From the sequence record SRR22947725_2318: 50,597 nucleotides of DNA. One strand, written 5' to 3'. Below are positions 38,965 through 48,497 of this stretch, piece by piece. The position numbers and the translations under genes were made by a program. The first letter of the stretch is position 1, and the number at the start of each line of letters is the position of its first letter. The notes below the pieces were generated by a model. It saw only the letters and a program-made list of their open reading frames with translations, ran no database searches and had not been told where the DNA came from.

Positions 38965-41646
38965 ATGCGAAAGCAGTATCCATTTGATATCATAGAACCA
39001 AAGCGCCAGCGAATCTGGGATGAGACAGCAGCCTTCAAGGCCTGGAATCCAGGCGAAACCATCCCCAAAAACCATCCATTCGCTGAACGTCATGGATTAG
39101 CAGGGGAAGTGGCTGCCTCTCAACTACCACCCAAATACTACATTCTCGACATGTTTCCATACCCGTCTGGCTCCGGGCTGCATGTTGGGCACCCTGAGGG
39201 ATATACCGCAACAGACATTCTAGCCAGGTACAAACGGTCCAGAGGTTTCAATGTGCTACATCCAATGGGATGGGATGCTTTTGGCCTTCCTGCGGAACAA
39301 TACGCGATCAAGACTGGTCAACATCCGCGTGTCACCACTGAAGCCAACATCAGTAATTTCAAAAGGCAGATCAAGTCACTCGGCTTCAGTTATGATTGGT
39401 CGCGAGAAGTGGATACAACCGATTCGGATTATTTTTGCTGGACCCAATGGATATTTCTCAAGCTTTACCACTCGTGGTTTAACCAAGAGACAAATAAAGC
39501 TGAATCCATCGAAACTCTGACGATACCGTCTGGGCTCGAAACAGAAGAAGCGCGGACCTCATACAAAGATGAACGACGACTTGCCTTTGTAGCAGAAGCA
39601 CCCGTCAACTGGTGCCCGGAACTTGGAACGGTTCTCGCCAATGAAGAGGTTGTTGATGGCAAAAGTGAGGTCGGTGGCTTTCCGGTGGTCAGAAAGCCCA
39701 TGCGCCAATGGATGCTTCGTATTACCGCATTTGCAGGGAAATTATTGGATGGGCTCGATGAGATCGAGTGGAGCGATTCCTTGAAAGAAATGCAGCGTAA
39801 CTGGATCGGGAAATCCGAGGGAGCTGAAGTTCATTTCCAGGTTGCTGATGCGCAAGAGGTCATTACTGTGTTCACCACTCGCCCTGATACCCTGTTTGGG
39901 GCAACTTATATGGTGCTTGCACCCGAGCATGCTTTGGTTGATCAACTGGTTACTGAAGAACAGAAGGATGCGGTTGAGGAATACAGAACTTTTTCATCCC
40001 GGAAAAGTGATCTTGAACGCACTGAATTGGCAAAGGAAAAAACGGGTATCTTCATCGGGGCCTATGCCATCAACCCGGTCAACAAAGAGCGTATCCCCAT
40101 CTGGATTGCCGACTATGTTCTTTCAACATATGGTACCGGTGCCATCATGGCTGTACCTGCTCACGACTCAAGGGATTTGGAATTCGCTGAGAAATTCAAC
40201 CTCCCGGTATTAAAGGTAGTTAAAGCGCCGGAAGGACAGGACTCCATCGGCTTTGTCGGTGAAGGTGTCAGTGTCAATTCTGATTTCCTCAATGACCTCC
40301 CAACCTGCGAGGCCAAACCAAAGATGATTGACTGGCTTTCCGAAAAGAAGGCCGGATCTCGTCGTACCAATTTTAAGCTCAGGGACTGGTTGTTCAGTCG
40401 CCAAAGATTCTGGGGGGAACCGTTTCCGATACTATGGAAAGACGGACAGCATCGAGCCGTTGGTGCTCATGAGCTGCCCGTCACGCCGCCTGATTTGAAA
40501 GATTTCAAGCCAACGTCCGACGGTGAACCTCCACTGGCGCGTGCCGCTGAGTGGGCGAATCTGAAGGACGGTTCCATTCGTGAAACCAATACCATGCCGC
40601 AATGGGCCGGCAGTTGCTGGTATTATCTTCGCTACTTGGACGCCTCAAACAAGGGTATGTTTTGTGGTAAGGAGGCTGAGGCTTACTGGATGGGATCTGC
40701 GGATGAAACAGCCAACCCTGGCGTTGACCTTTACGTTGGTGGAACAGAGCATGCAGTATTGCACCTGCTCTACGCGCGCTTCTGGCACAAAGTTTTATAT
40801 GACCTCGAATTAGTTTCTACAACGGAACCTTTCTTTAAACTGGTCAATCAGGGGATCATTCTTGGAGAAGACGGGCAGAAAATGTCCAAATCGCGGGGGA
40901 ATGTGGTCAATCCGGATGAAATTGTCAGTGCATATGGAGCGGATGCGTTTCGTTTATATGAAATGTTCATGGGACCATTAGAAATGTCCAAGCCATGGAA
41001 CACCAAGGGGGTTGAGGGTGTTTACCGTTTTCTTGGTCGCGTCTGGCGCATGATCGTTAATGAAGAGAGTGAGGTAGCCTTCGATCAAGCGTTGGCTGTT
41101 GATGCGCAGAAAGACGAAGCCAACCTGAGCAAACTGACTTTAAACTCCACGATAAAATTTGATATTGAACCGACGCCGGATCAACTCAAGTCCCTGCATG
41201 CTTGCATAAAGAAGGTCACCGAGGATCTTGACGGGATGCGTTTCAACACTGCGATCTCTGCAATGATGGTTTTCGTTAACGAAGCTGTTAATTGGAAAGT
41301 TCGGCCGGCCGAATGCATGCGCACGTTTCTGACCCTGCTGCAGCCATTCGCACCGCACCTTGCCGAGGAACTTCATGGAATGTTGCAGGAAGAAAATGCC
41401 AGAGTGATTGCCTACCAGCCCTGGCCTGTATTCGACCCCGCTCTTTTGATTGAAGAGAGTGTTGAGATGCCCGTGCAGGTAAATGGGAAATTGCGAGATC
41501 GACTCAAGGTCTCAAGGGATGCAGACCGGCAGTCCATTGAAAAACTGGTATTAGCTTCCGAAAAAATCAAAGCCAACATCGAAGGTAAATCAATCAAGAA
41601 ACTCATCGTGGTTCCGGGGAAATTGGTTAATATCGTTGTCAAATAA
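38965..41646 (+). CDS. leuS: leucine--tRNA ligase
   Basis: [23 protein letters not shown] editing domain, KMSKS and C-terminal [15 protein letters not shown]. Confidence 0.99.
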   Translation: MRKQYPFDIIEPKRQRIWDETAAFKAWNPGETIPKNHPFAERHGLAGEVAASQLPPKYYILDMFPYPSGSGLHVGHPEGYTATDILARYKRSRGFNVLHPMGWDAFGLPAEQYAIKTGQHPRVTTEANISNFKRQIKSLGFSYDWSREVDTTDSDYFCWTQWIFLKLYHSWFNQETNKAESIETLTIPSGLETEEARTSYKDERRLAFVAEAPVNWCPELGTVLANEEVVDGKSEVGGFPVVRKPMRQWMLRITAFAGKLLDGLDEIEWSDSLKEMQRNWIGKSEGAEVHFQVADAQEVITVFTTRPDTLFGATYMVLAPEHALVDQLVTEEQKDAVEEYRTFSSRKSDLERTELAKEKTGIFIGAYAINPVNKERIPIWIADYVLSTYGTGAIMAVPAHDSRDLEFAEKFNLPVLKVVKAPEGQDSIGFVGEGVSVNSDFLNDLPTCEAKPKMIDWLSEKKAGSRRTNFKLRDWLFSRQRFWGEPFPILWKDGQHRAVGAHELPVTPPDLKDFKPTSDGEPPLARAAEWANLKDGSIRETNTMPQWAGSCWYYLRYLDASNKGMFCGKEAEAYWMGSADETANPGVDLYVGGTEHAVLHLLYARFWHKVLYDLELVSTTEPFFKLVNQGIILGEDGQKMSKSRGNVVNPDEIVSAYGADAFRLYEMFMGPLEMSKPWNTKGVEGVYRFLGRVWRMIVNEESEVAFDQALAVDAQKDEANLSKLTLNSTIKFDIEPTPDQLKSLHACIKKVTEDLDGMRFNTAISAMMVFVNEAVNWKVRPAECMRTFLTLLQPFAPHLAEELHGMLQEENARVIAYQPWPVFDPALLIEESVEMPVQVNGKLRDRLKVSRDADRQSIEKLVLASEKIKANIEGKSIKKLIVVPGKLVNIVVK

Positions 41647-41673
41647 ACCTGAGCAAAGATATAAGTTAAAATT

Positions 41674-42537
41674 ATGATGCATCGTAGAACTTTCCTAAAT
41701 CGCACCCTGATTGCTGCTGCAGGTGCTGGCGCAACCTGGTTTGATGTTCCTTCCGTGATCGCGGATACACGTGAGCAGTCGCTTAAAAAATATGGAGGTT
41801 TCCCCATGGGAATTCAGAGCTACTCATTGCGAGCTTTTGGTATCGACGGGGCACTTGAGAAAATAGAAGAATTGGAATTGCACTTTGTGGAATTATTCCG
41901 AATGCATTATCCCCCCATTCCGGATCCTCTTAAAATAGCGGAAATGAACGCCAAATTGAGAAAACATGATCTTTCAATCAGTGCTCATGGAGTTCAGTCA
42001 TTCACCAAGGATCATCAAAAAAATAAAGCATTTTTTGAGTTTGCCAAAAAAGCTGGCATCCGAAATATCAGTGCGAATCCGGAAAACGATTCCTTTGAAA
42101 GTCTCAATCGTTTGGTTGCCGAATATGATATTCGTATAGCGATCCATAATCATGGGCCAGGTGCACTTTACGATGCTCCATTGGATGCCTTGAAAGCTGT
42201 TGCAGGCTATGACAAGCGCATAGGGTTTTGCGCTGATCTTGGGCATTACATCCGCTCAGGAGTTGATCCCGTTGAAGTGATATATCAGCTCGGTGACCGG
42301 CTGTATGGCGTCCATCTTAAAGATTTTGCGGAGCAAAAGAAAAAAACGGAGGGAGTTATCATTGGTCGGGGTCACCTGGATGTGGAAGGTGTGTTCAAGG
42401 CATTGAAAAAAATAGGTTTCCCTGCCGATGGAGCTCTTTCGCTCGAGTATGAAGAAAACCCAAAGGATCCCATGGAAGACATTCGAGCTTGCCTGAATGT
42501 TGCGGCCGAAGCTGCTCAACGAGCGGCTCGATCGTAG
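41674..42537 (+). CDS. Tat-exported sugar phosphate isomerase/epimerase (xylose isomerase-like TIM barrel)
   Basis: HRRTFL Tat motif, GIQSYSLR, AIHNH, DLGH, HLKD and SLEYE. Confidence 0.9.
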   Translation: MMHRRTFLNRTLIAAAGAGATWFDVPSVIADTREQSLKKYGGFPMGIQSYSLRAFGIDGALEKIEELELHFVELFRMHYPPIPDPLKIAEMNAKLRKHDLSISAHGVQSFTKDHQKNKAFFEFAKKAGIRNISANPENDSFESLNRLVAEYDIRIAIHNHGPGALYDAPLDALKAVAGYDKRIGFCADLGHYIRSGVDPVEVIYQLGDRLYGVHLKDFAEQKKKTEGVIIGRGHLDVEGVFKALKKIGFPADGALSLEYEENPKDPMEDIRACLNVAAEAAQRAARS

Positions 42538-42557
42538 TTCAAACGGTCTCCGACATG

Positions 42558-43023
42558 TCAGGCCTTTTTTGCTGTACCCCCCGCTTCCTTGAGAAGCGGG
42601 GTATTTGCAAGGGCCTTTGAAAGTCACTTCAGAAGCGTGTTGTAAGGAGTTTTCACAGGGCGTGCAAAGTCCACGAGCAAGACGACCTTGAATCCATTCG
42701 TATCATTGCATACCTCATGATCATAGGTATCACCAAATGGAAGACTCATGCCTTCTTCCCTATGTTTGGTTTGAGTTCCAATTCTAATCCGACGCGCTGC
42801 GGATGTCCTTCCACCCCTTTTCTATTTTTTGAGCCCACGAAAAAGTGGTGGATTCATAAATCGCGTTATCTCCAACAGATCCTCGTTTGGCAATAAATCC
42901 CTCAACTTTATCCGCAATGATGCTTCCTAGTTCAACACCTGCATGCCTGGGTGGCTTGAGCCGGTGGCTTCTGCTTGCCAATAGATCATCAAAATCGATA
43001 CCTGCTTTTACTTTTGTGTTCAT
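42558..43023 (-). pseudogene. aspartyl/asparaginyl beta-hydroxylase (LpxO-like) pseudogene
   Basis: The N-terminal part (FIAKRGSVGD..FSWAQKIEKGWKDIR) is joined out of frame to the C-terminal part (RIRIGTQTKHREEGMSLPFGDTYDHEVCNDTNGFKVVLLVDFARP). The middle is missing and there is an internal TGA at 42624-42626. Confidence 0.75.
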
Positions 43024-43255
43024 GCTGATTTTTTAGTTGATGATGTGGATCTTATCCGCTGGAATCATCACGTCAGCCAGTCTTAAGTGGTAATAAGCGG
43101 CAGAAAGATTGACAAATTCTAACTGAATTCGGTGGAGCATATCTGATCATGCTTTGCCTAGCTATCATGCATCTTATTGCCCTATAAATGTCTCGCGATC
43201 ACATGATCACGTTTTCAATGACTATTGCGAGCCCAGGTGCTCTGGAAATATAAAA

Positions 43256-44137
43256 ATGAGTATCCGATTGGAGATGATCCAGGTGGCACGACTTGCTCCT
43301 GAGCTTTTAGGTGATGCCGCAGGGTTAGTGCGTTCCTTCATGATCAAACAGCTTCACGATAATGGAGGTTTCGTTGATCGCAAGGGGCATCCGGATCTTT
43401 ATTACACTGTATTTGGATTGGATGGGCTGCAAAGCCTTGGTGCCTTGCCTGAGCCATCACGATGGCAACCTTTTCTTGAATCAAAATTGTCCATTGATGA
43501 CTCAGATTTTGTGCATCTTTGTTGTTTGATTCGATGTCTATCGATTGTCCCAGAGAAGAGCCCTTTCAGAGATAAACTTCTAAAAAAACTCCTTGAATTC
43601 CAATGCGCAGATGGAGGTTTTCAACCTGAAAAAGATGCCGCGCATGGTACTGCTTATGGTGCATTTCTGGCTGTAGGTGCCTTTCAGGATTTAGGGGTGA
43701 ACCTTCGTGCCTGTCAGGATGGGATCCTCGCATCACTCAACAATCTTCGGACACCTGATGGGGGGTGGGGAAATGATAGGCAGCAACGCTCTGCGGCAAC
43801 CAATGCAACTGCAGCTGTCATGACCACTCTGCGCCAATTTGGAATGAACCCTGATTCTGAGGCAGTTCATTGGCTGGCCTCAAATTGTCATCCTATGGGG
43901 GGGTTTCTAGCCAGTCCATTGGCTCCTGTTCCGGATTTGCTCTCCACTGCGACGGCTTTGCATGCACTCTCTGGAGTTCAATATGAAATCGGTGAAGACA
44001 TGCGAGAACGTTGCCTTGATTTCATAGATACCCTTTGGACAAATGTAGGTTCTTTCCACGGTCATTGGCATGAGGATGAACTGGATACCGAATATACATT
44101 TTACGGTCTCTTGGCCTTAGGGCATCTGAGCGTTTAA
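43256..44137 (+). CDS. prenyltransferase/squalene oxidase repeat protein
   Basis: Repeats 'Q..NGGF', 'QCADGGF', 'TPDGGW', 'MGGF'; DLYYT and DTEYTFYGL. Confidence 0.85.
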   Translation: MSIRLEMIQVARLAPELLGDAAGLVRSFMIKQLHDNGGFVDRKGHPDLYYTVFGLDGLQSLGALPEPSRWQPFLESKLSIDDSDFVHLCCLIRCLSIVPEKSPFRDKLLKKLLEFQCADGGFQPEKDAAHGTAYGAFLAVGAFQDLGVNLRACQDGILASLNNLRTPDGGWGNDRQQRSAATNATAAVMTTLRQFGMNPDSEAVHWLASNCHPMGGFLASPLAPVPDLLSTATALHALSGVQYEIGEDMRERCLDFIDTLWTNVGSFHGHWHEDELDTEYTFYGLLALGHLSV

Positions 44138-44181
44138 AATTTGAATTCGACTTTGCAGGTGTTTCGTCGTCAAATTTGATC

Positions 44182-45477
44182 ATGTTCTCCGAATATAAGC
44201 CCAAGCTCCCTTTACCTTCGATGTTTCCCTTGAAACAGGCTTTTCCGGGGAGAGCCGTTCCTTTGGACCTCAGTTCGGCTGTTAGTAATGCCATGGAACC
44301 ACTCCAATTTCGTATCAAATCAGGTATGCGCATTGGTTTAGCTGTTGGAAGTCGAGGTATATCGGGACTGAGCGTCATGGTTCAAGAGGTTGTCAACCAG
44401 TTAATTGCGTTTGGAGCAATGCCTGTGATTCTGCCTGCCATGGGAAGTCACGGAGGAGCAACTTCCGAAGGACAAGCTTCTGTGCTTGCGAGTTATGGTG
44501 TCGATGCACAATCTCTGGGTATCCCCATCGAATGTTCAATGGAGACTATTGCAGTGGCTGATTCGGAGTGGGGGACGCCTGTTTTCTGGAGTCGATCCGC
44601 TTCTCAATTGGATGGGGTGCTGGTTCTCAATCGTATTAAGCCTCATACAGATTTCAAGGGTGGGCTGGGCAGTGGTATCTTGAAAATGCTTGTTGTAGGT
44701 CTGGGGAAGCGTGAAGGAGCCTCAGCATTTCATCGAGCTGCGATACAATTTGGCTACGAAAACGTTCTTCGTCAGTATGCTTCCATTCTGATCGATAAAA
44801 TGCCTGTAATAGGTGGATTGGGAATCATTGAGAATGCCTTGCATGAAACGGATCAGATCGCTTTTGTGCCTGTCGAAACCGCAATTGAAGATGAAGGTAG
44901 ACTACTCGCCAAAGCCAAGGACTTAATGCCACGACTGCCTTTTGATGATCTAGATTTATTGATTGTGGATCGGATTGGGAAGGATATCAGTGGATCTGGC
45001 ATGGATCCAAACATTGTTGGCCGTGGAGTTCATGGTTTTTCCACTGATTTTTCACTGCAAAAGGATTTCCCTCGAATCAAGAGAATCATGGTGAGGAGTT
45101 TAACGCCAGATTCACATGGAAATGCCATTGGGGTTGGTATGGCAGACTTTACCACCTCACGACTCGTAAAGAGCATGAACTCGAAGATTTCATTTGTGAA
45201 TGCGGTTACCGCAATGACTATGAATGGCGCCAAGGTGCCTATTCATTTTGAAGCGGATCAGGAAGTGATTCAGTGGGCCCTGAGTTCTTTAGTTGTCCCG
45301 GATACACGTCAATCTAGGGTGTTAAGAATCAAGGATACGCTCCACCTTGATGTCATGGAAGCATCGGAACATCTACTACACGATGCAAGGAGCAACCCGC
45401 AAGTTACTCTGGAGGGAGAACCTGCGGTGATGGAATTTGATTCAAACGGAAACTTGATGGATCTTGGTGGAAGCTGA
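44182..45477 (+). CDS. lactate racemase-like (LarA N-terminal / DUF362-like) domain protein
   Basis: AVGSRGI, PAMGSHGGAT, NRIKPHTDF, KMLVVGLGK and IGKDISGSGMDPN. Confidence 0.8.
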   Translation: MFSEYKPKLPLPSMFPLKQAFPGRAVPLDLSSAVSNAMEPLQFRIKSGMRIGLAVGSRGISGLSVMVQEVVNQLIAFGAMPVILPAMGSHGGATSEGQASVLASYGVDAQSLGIPIECSMETIAVADSEWGTPVFWSRSASQLDGVLVLNRIKPHTDFKGGLGSGILKMLVVGLGKREGASAFHRAAIQFGYENVLRQYASILIDKMPVIGGLGIIENALHETDQIAFVPVETAIEDEGRLLAKAKDLMPRLPFDDLDLLIVDRIGKDISGSGMDPNIVGRGVHGFSTDFSLQKDFPRIKRIMVRSLTPDSHGNAIGVGMADFTTSRLVKSMNSKISFVNAVTAMTMNGAKVPIHFEADQEVIQWALSSLVVPDTRQSRVLRIKDTLHLDVMEASEHLLHDARSNPQVTLEGEPAVMEFDSNGNLMDLGGS

Positions 45478-45516
45478 TTCCTGCACGGCTCTCATTGCAT
45501 TCAGATGGCCATGCGC

Positions 45517-46065
45517 TCAAGGGTTAATCATGTTGTTCTTCCTGGCGAAATTGAACAATCCTCCTTCATCAATGACATTCCTGACATCTCCAAGAGGGTT
45601 GATGGAGTAGGTTTTTCCCGTGGCCTCTACTGTGACTGTCAGGGAGTCAAGATCTACGGATACAACATCTCCTGTTTTCAGTATATCACAGAGACGGTCT
45701 TGAGATTCACAAGGATAAAGCTCACCTGTTGCTACGCAGTTACGGAAGAAAATGCGGGCAAAGCTTTCAGCCAGAACCAGCTGGCACTCTGCTGCCCCCA
45801 TTGCGATGGGTGCATGTTCTCTGGAACTGCCACACCCGAAATTGCGGCCCCCGACGACAATGGGATACTTACTGTCCATTTCGCCATCCTCGACATAGCG
45901 TTCCGAATACAGAGAATCCGGTAAACCGCATAAAGCGTAACTGCCCAGTTTGTCATACTCCTCCTTTACGGTAGGAATCAAGTTCAAATACTGTGCAGGA
46001 ATGATTTGATCAGTGTCGATGTTGTCTTTGACGACGTAAACGGATCCCGTAATAACCTTACTCAT
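45517..46065 (-). CDS. leuD: 3-isopropylmalate dehydratase small subunit (aconitase swivel family)
   Basis: DNIDTDQIIP, NFGCGSSREHA, ESFARIFFRN and GGL. Confidence 0.85.
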   Translation of the reverse strand: MSKVITGSVYVVKDNIDTDQIIPAQYLNLIPTVKEEYDKLGSYALCGLPDSLYSERYVEDGEMDSKYPIVVGGRNFGCGSSREHAPIAMGAAECQLVLAESFARIFFRNCVATGELYPCESQDRLCDILKTGDVVSVDLDSLTVTVEATGKTYSINPLGDVRNVIDEGGLFNFARKNNMINP

Positions 46066-46115
46066 ATGCGATTGCATTCTGCTAACATCGAGCGAATTTG
46101 GCAAACTTTTACTGA

Positions 46116-48329
46116 TCAATGATTGCTGGCCTGCGCTGATAGCTGTGCATTGTCAGTTTTATCGGCTTTATTCAATTCATCGATGTAATCTTTTAAAATT
46201 TCGATACTCTCGCGAGTGTAGGGATCGAGGCGTTTGTCCATTTCATCTTGATCATCGCCAACATACGAGTTTTCGTCTATTTCTGGAAGGCTCCCATCCT
46301 TGGGTTTCTCCTCTTCTTCATCCTCTTCGACATCGTAGTCCTCTTCGTTGTCACCGTTGAAAAGAAGCTTGGCCGGCTTTTCTCCCCGAACCTCATCCAT
46401 CGTCAAACGAAATATTTTCAGACCTGGGTAACGTCTCGCTTTTCGCTCAGCATCACGTTTTTCAATTCTAGCCTTGTCCTCTTCTTTTTCAGGAGCGCGT
46501 TTTTCTTCGTTGAGACTCACGGTCTTGCGCTCCTTGGTCTCCTGATAGCGCTTGATGTCATCCATGATATACTGGAAATCCGTCACGGTTTTGATTCTCT
46601 CAGCCGAGGTTTTCTTCAATGTATCTACAGTGTCCCTCACACGATGCATGATTTCGTAGTCCGCGGGATCAATGGAATCAGGCTCCAGACTCTGGGGTAG
46701 GTGGGCCTCCCCCAATTCCATGTAATCATAGATGGATGGAAGGATGATGTCAGGGGTGACACCATTTCGCTGAGTCGTGCTGCCTTCGACTCTGTAAAAT
46801 TTTGAGATTGTATATTTGAGCAAACCGCTCTCCTTTGGGGTATTCCGGATCTTGTTGAGTTCTACAAGTGTCTGCACGGTACCCTTTCCGTGCGTGGTTT
46901 TATCTCCCACAATCAAGGCCCTGCCGTAATCCTGCAGGGCTGCAGCTGTGATCTCTGCTGCAGAGGCACTTAAATTGCTCACCATCACCACTAGAGGCCC
47001 ATCATACACAGTGGACGGATCTTCATCCTTCAGAACCTGTTTTTGTTTGACGTAATTTTGCACCTGAACCACAGGTCCCTCGGGGAAAAACAGTCCGGTC
47101 AATTCAACCGCTTCCGGCAGTATACCCCCACCATTTCTTCGTAGGTCCAGAGCGACACCCTCAATGTCTTCCTTGCCGAGTCGCTTCAAGATGAGGGCGG
47201 TATCGGCGGCTACGTTTTCGTAGTACTGAGGGACAGTCAGCACGGCCAAGCGTCTTTTCTTTCCCAACTCGGTGGGTAGTTCCACGATGCGGGCTTTGGC
47301 AAACTGTTCCTTCAGTTCGATTTTCTCACGCACGAGGGTCAATTCTCGTGTTTCCGACCCGTCCACCGACTTCGCTGGAATGATGGTGAGTTTGACTTTA
47401 CTCTTCAGTTTGCCTCGGATGAGTTGAACAACCTTATTCAATTTCATTTCCACCACATCCACAGGCTCGTCATCATCCTGAGCCACGGCAATGATTTTGT
47501 CTCCAGGCTTAATTTTCTTGCTCTTATCTGCCGGCCCGCCAGGGACCAGACTGACTATCTGGCAATAACCCTCATTGCTCCTGAGTAGTGCCCCAATGCC
47601 AGTCAATTCGTTGTGGACGTTCTTAATATAGAAATCATCTGCAGTTGTGGGGCTCATGTAGTTTGAGTGCGGATCATAAGCATTGGACAATGCTGTGAGA
47701 TAAATCTGTAAAACCTCATCTGGCTCCAAAGTGATAAAGTCCTTGACCAAACGGTCATAGCGCTTTGACAAGCGCTCCTTGACTTCAGAAATTTCCTCTT
47801 TGCCAAGGCGTCCTTGTAAAAGATCGTATTTGATGCGCAAACGCCACAGCTCCCTTGCCTCACCTTCGGTCTTTGGCCATGGCTCCTCCGAGCGTTTGAT
47901 CATGATTTCATCATCAACATCGAACTTGTATTCTTGATCCAACAATTCTCCAATGACTTTCCGACGCTCTTGAATGCGTTCTTTGAATCGCTCGAAAATT
48001 TCGAAAGCCGGTGCTGCGTTGGGGACACGATTATTTTCCAATACACCGAAAGTATAGTCATCAAGAAGATCCTGATATTTCTGGCGGAATTCATCCACGT
48101 CAGACTGGAGGAAGATCTGGTGGTTGAGGTCCAGAGAATCAAGGTAGTTATCGAAGAAAATGTTTGAAATATCATTGTCCAGCCACTTTTGGCGAAGGTG
48201 ACTTTGACTCAAAATATGGCCGACCACCTCGGTGATTTTCCCACTTTGCCGCATGCTCAGCTCCAGGGCCTGAGCATATGTCACCACCATTAAGAACAAG
48301 CAAAGCGCGATACGAAATTTAGTCTTCAT
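46116..48329 (-). CDS. prc: carboxy-terminal processing (tail-specific) protease, S41 with PDZ domain
   Basis: YDPHSNY, GIGALL, GGPA, DLRRNGGG, SASAAEI, GKGTVQ and STQRNGVTPDI. Confidence 0.93.
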   Translation of the reverse strand: MKTKFRIALCLFLMVVTYAQALELSMRQSGKITEVVGHILSQSHLRQKWLDNDISNIFFDNYLDSLDLNHQIFLQSDVDEFRQKYQDLLDDYTFGVLENNRVPNAAPAFEIFERFKERIQERRKVIGELLDQEYKFDVDDEIMIKRSEEPWPKTEGEARELWRLRIKYDLLQGRLGKEEISEVKERLSKRYDRLVKDFITLEPDEVLQIYLTALSNAYDPHSNYMSPTTADDFYIKNVHNELTGIGALLRSNEGYCQIVSLVPGGPADKSKKIKPGDKIIAVAQDDDEPVDVVEMKLNKVVQLIRGKLKSKVKLTIIPAKSVDGSETRELTLVREKIELKEQFAKARIVELPTELGKKRRLAVLTVPQYYENVAADTALILKRLGKEDIEGVALDLRRNGGGILPEAVELTGLFFPEGPVVQVQNYVKQKQVLKDEDPSTVYDGPLVVMVSNLSASAAEITAAALQDYGRALIVGDKTTHGKGTVQTLVELNKIRNTPKESGLLKYTISKFYRVEGSTTQRNGVTPDIILPSIYDYMELGEAHLPQSLEPDSIDPADYEIMHRVRDTVDTLKKTSAERIKTVTDFQYIMDDIKRYQETKERKTVSLNEEKRAPEKEEDKARIEKRDAERKARRYPGLKIFRLTMDEVRGEKPAKLLFNGDNEEDYDVEEDEEEEKPKDGSLPEIDENSYVGDDQDEMDKRLDPYTRESIEILKDYIDELNKADKTDNAQLSAQASNH

Positions 48330-48497
48330 AGATATACACAATAGATTGCACTGATTCAGGCTAGTTTCAACAATGTTTCATTGATTTTTTCTTAGTTATA
48401 GCAAACAGTTTAAGCAATAGCTCCGTGATCCGATTAGTAAGGATGACGCTTGTGTTTTACCCCAAGGTGAATCTCAATCCGTCAGAGATCCATTGTA

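Noticed and set aside
42579-42605. Hairpin CCCCGCTTC/GAAGCGGGG after the TIM-barrel gene
   Set aside because: Possible terminator, but the U-tract is weak and it lies within pseudogene-derived sequence.
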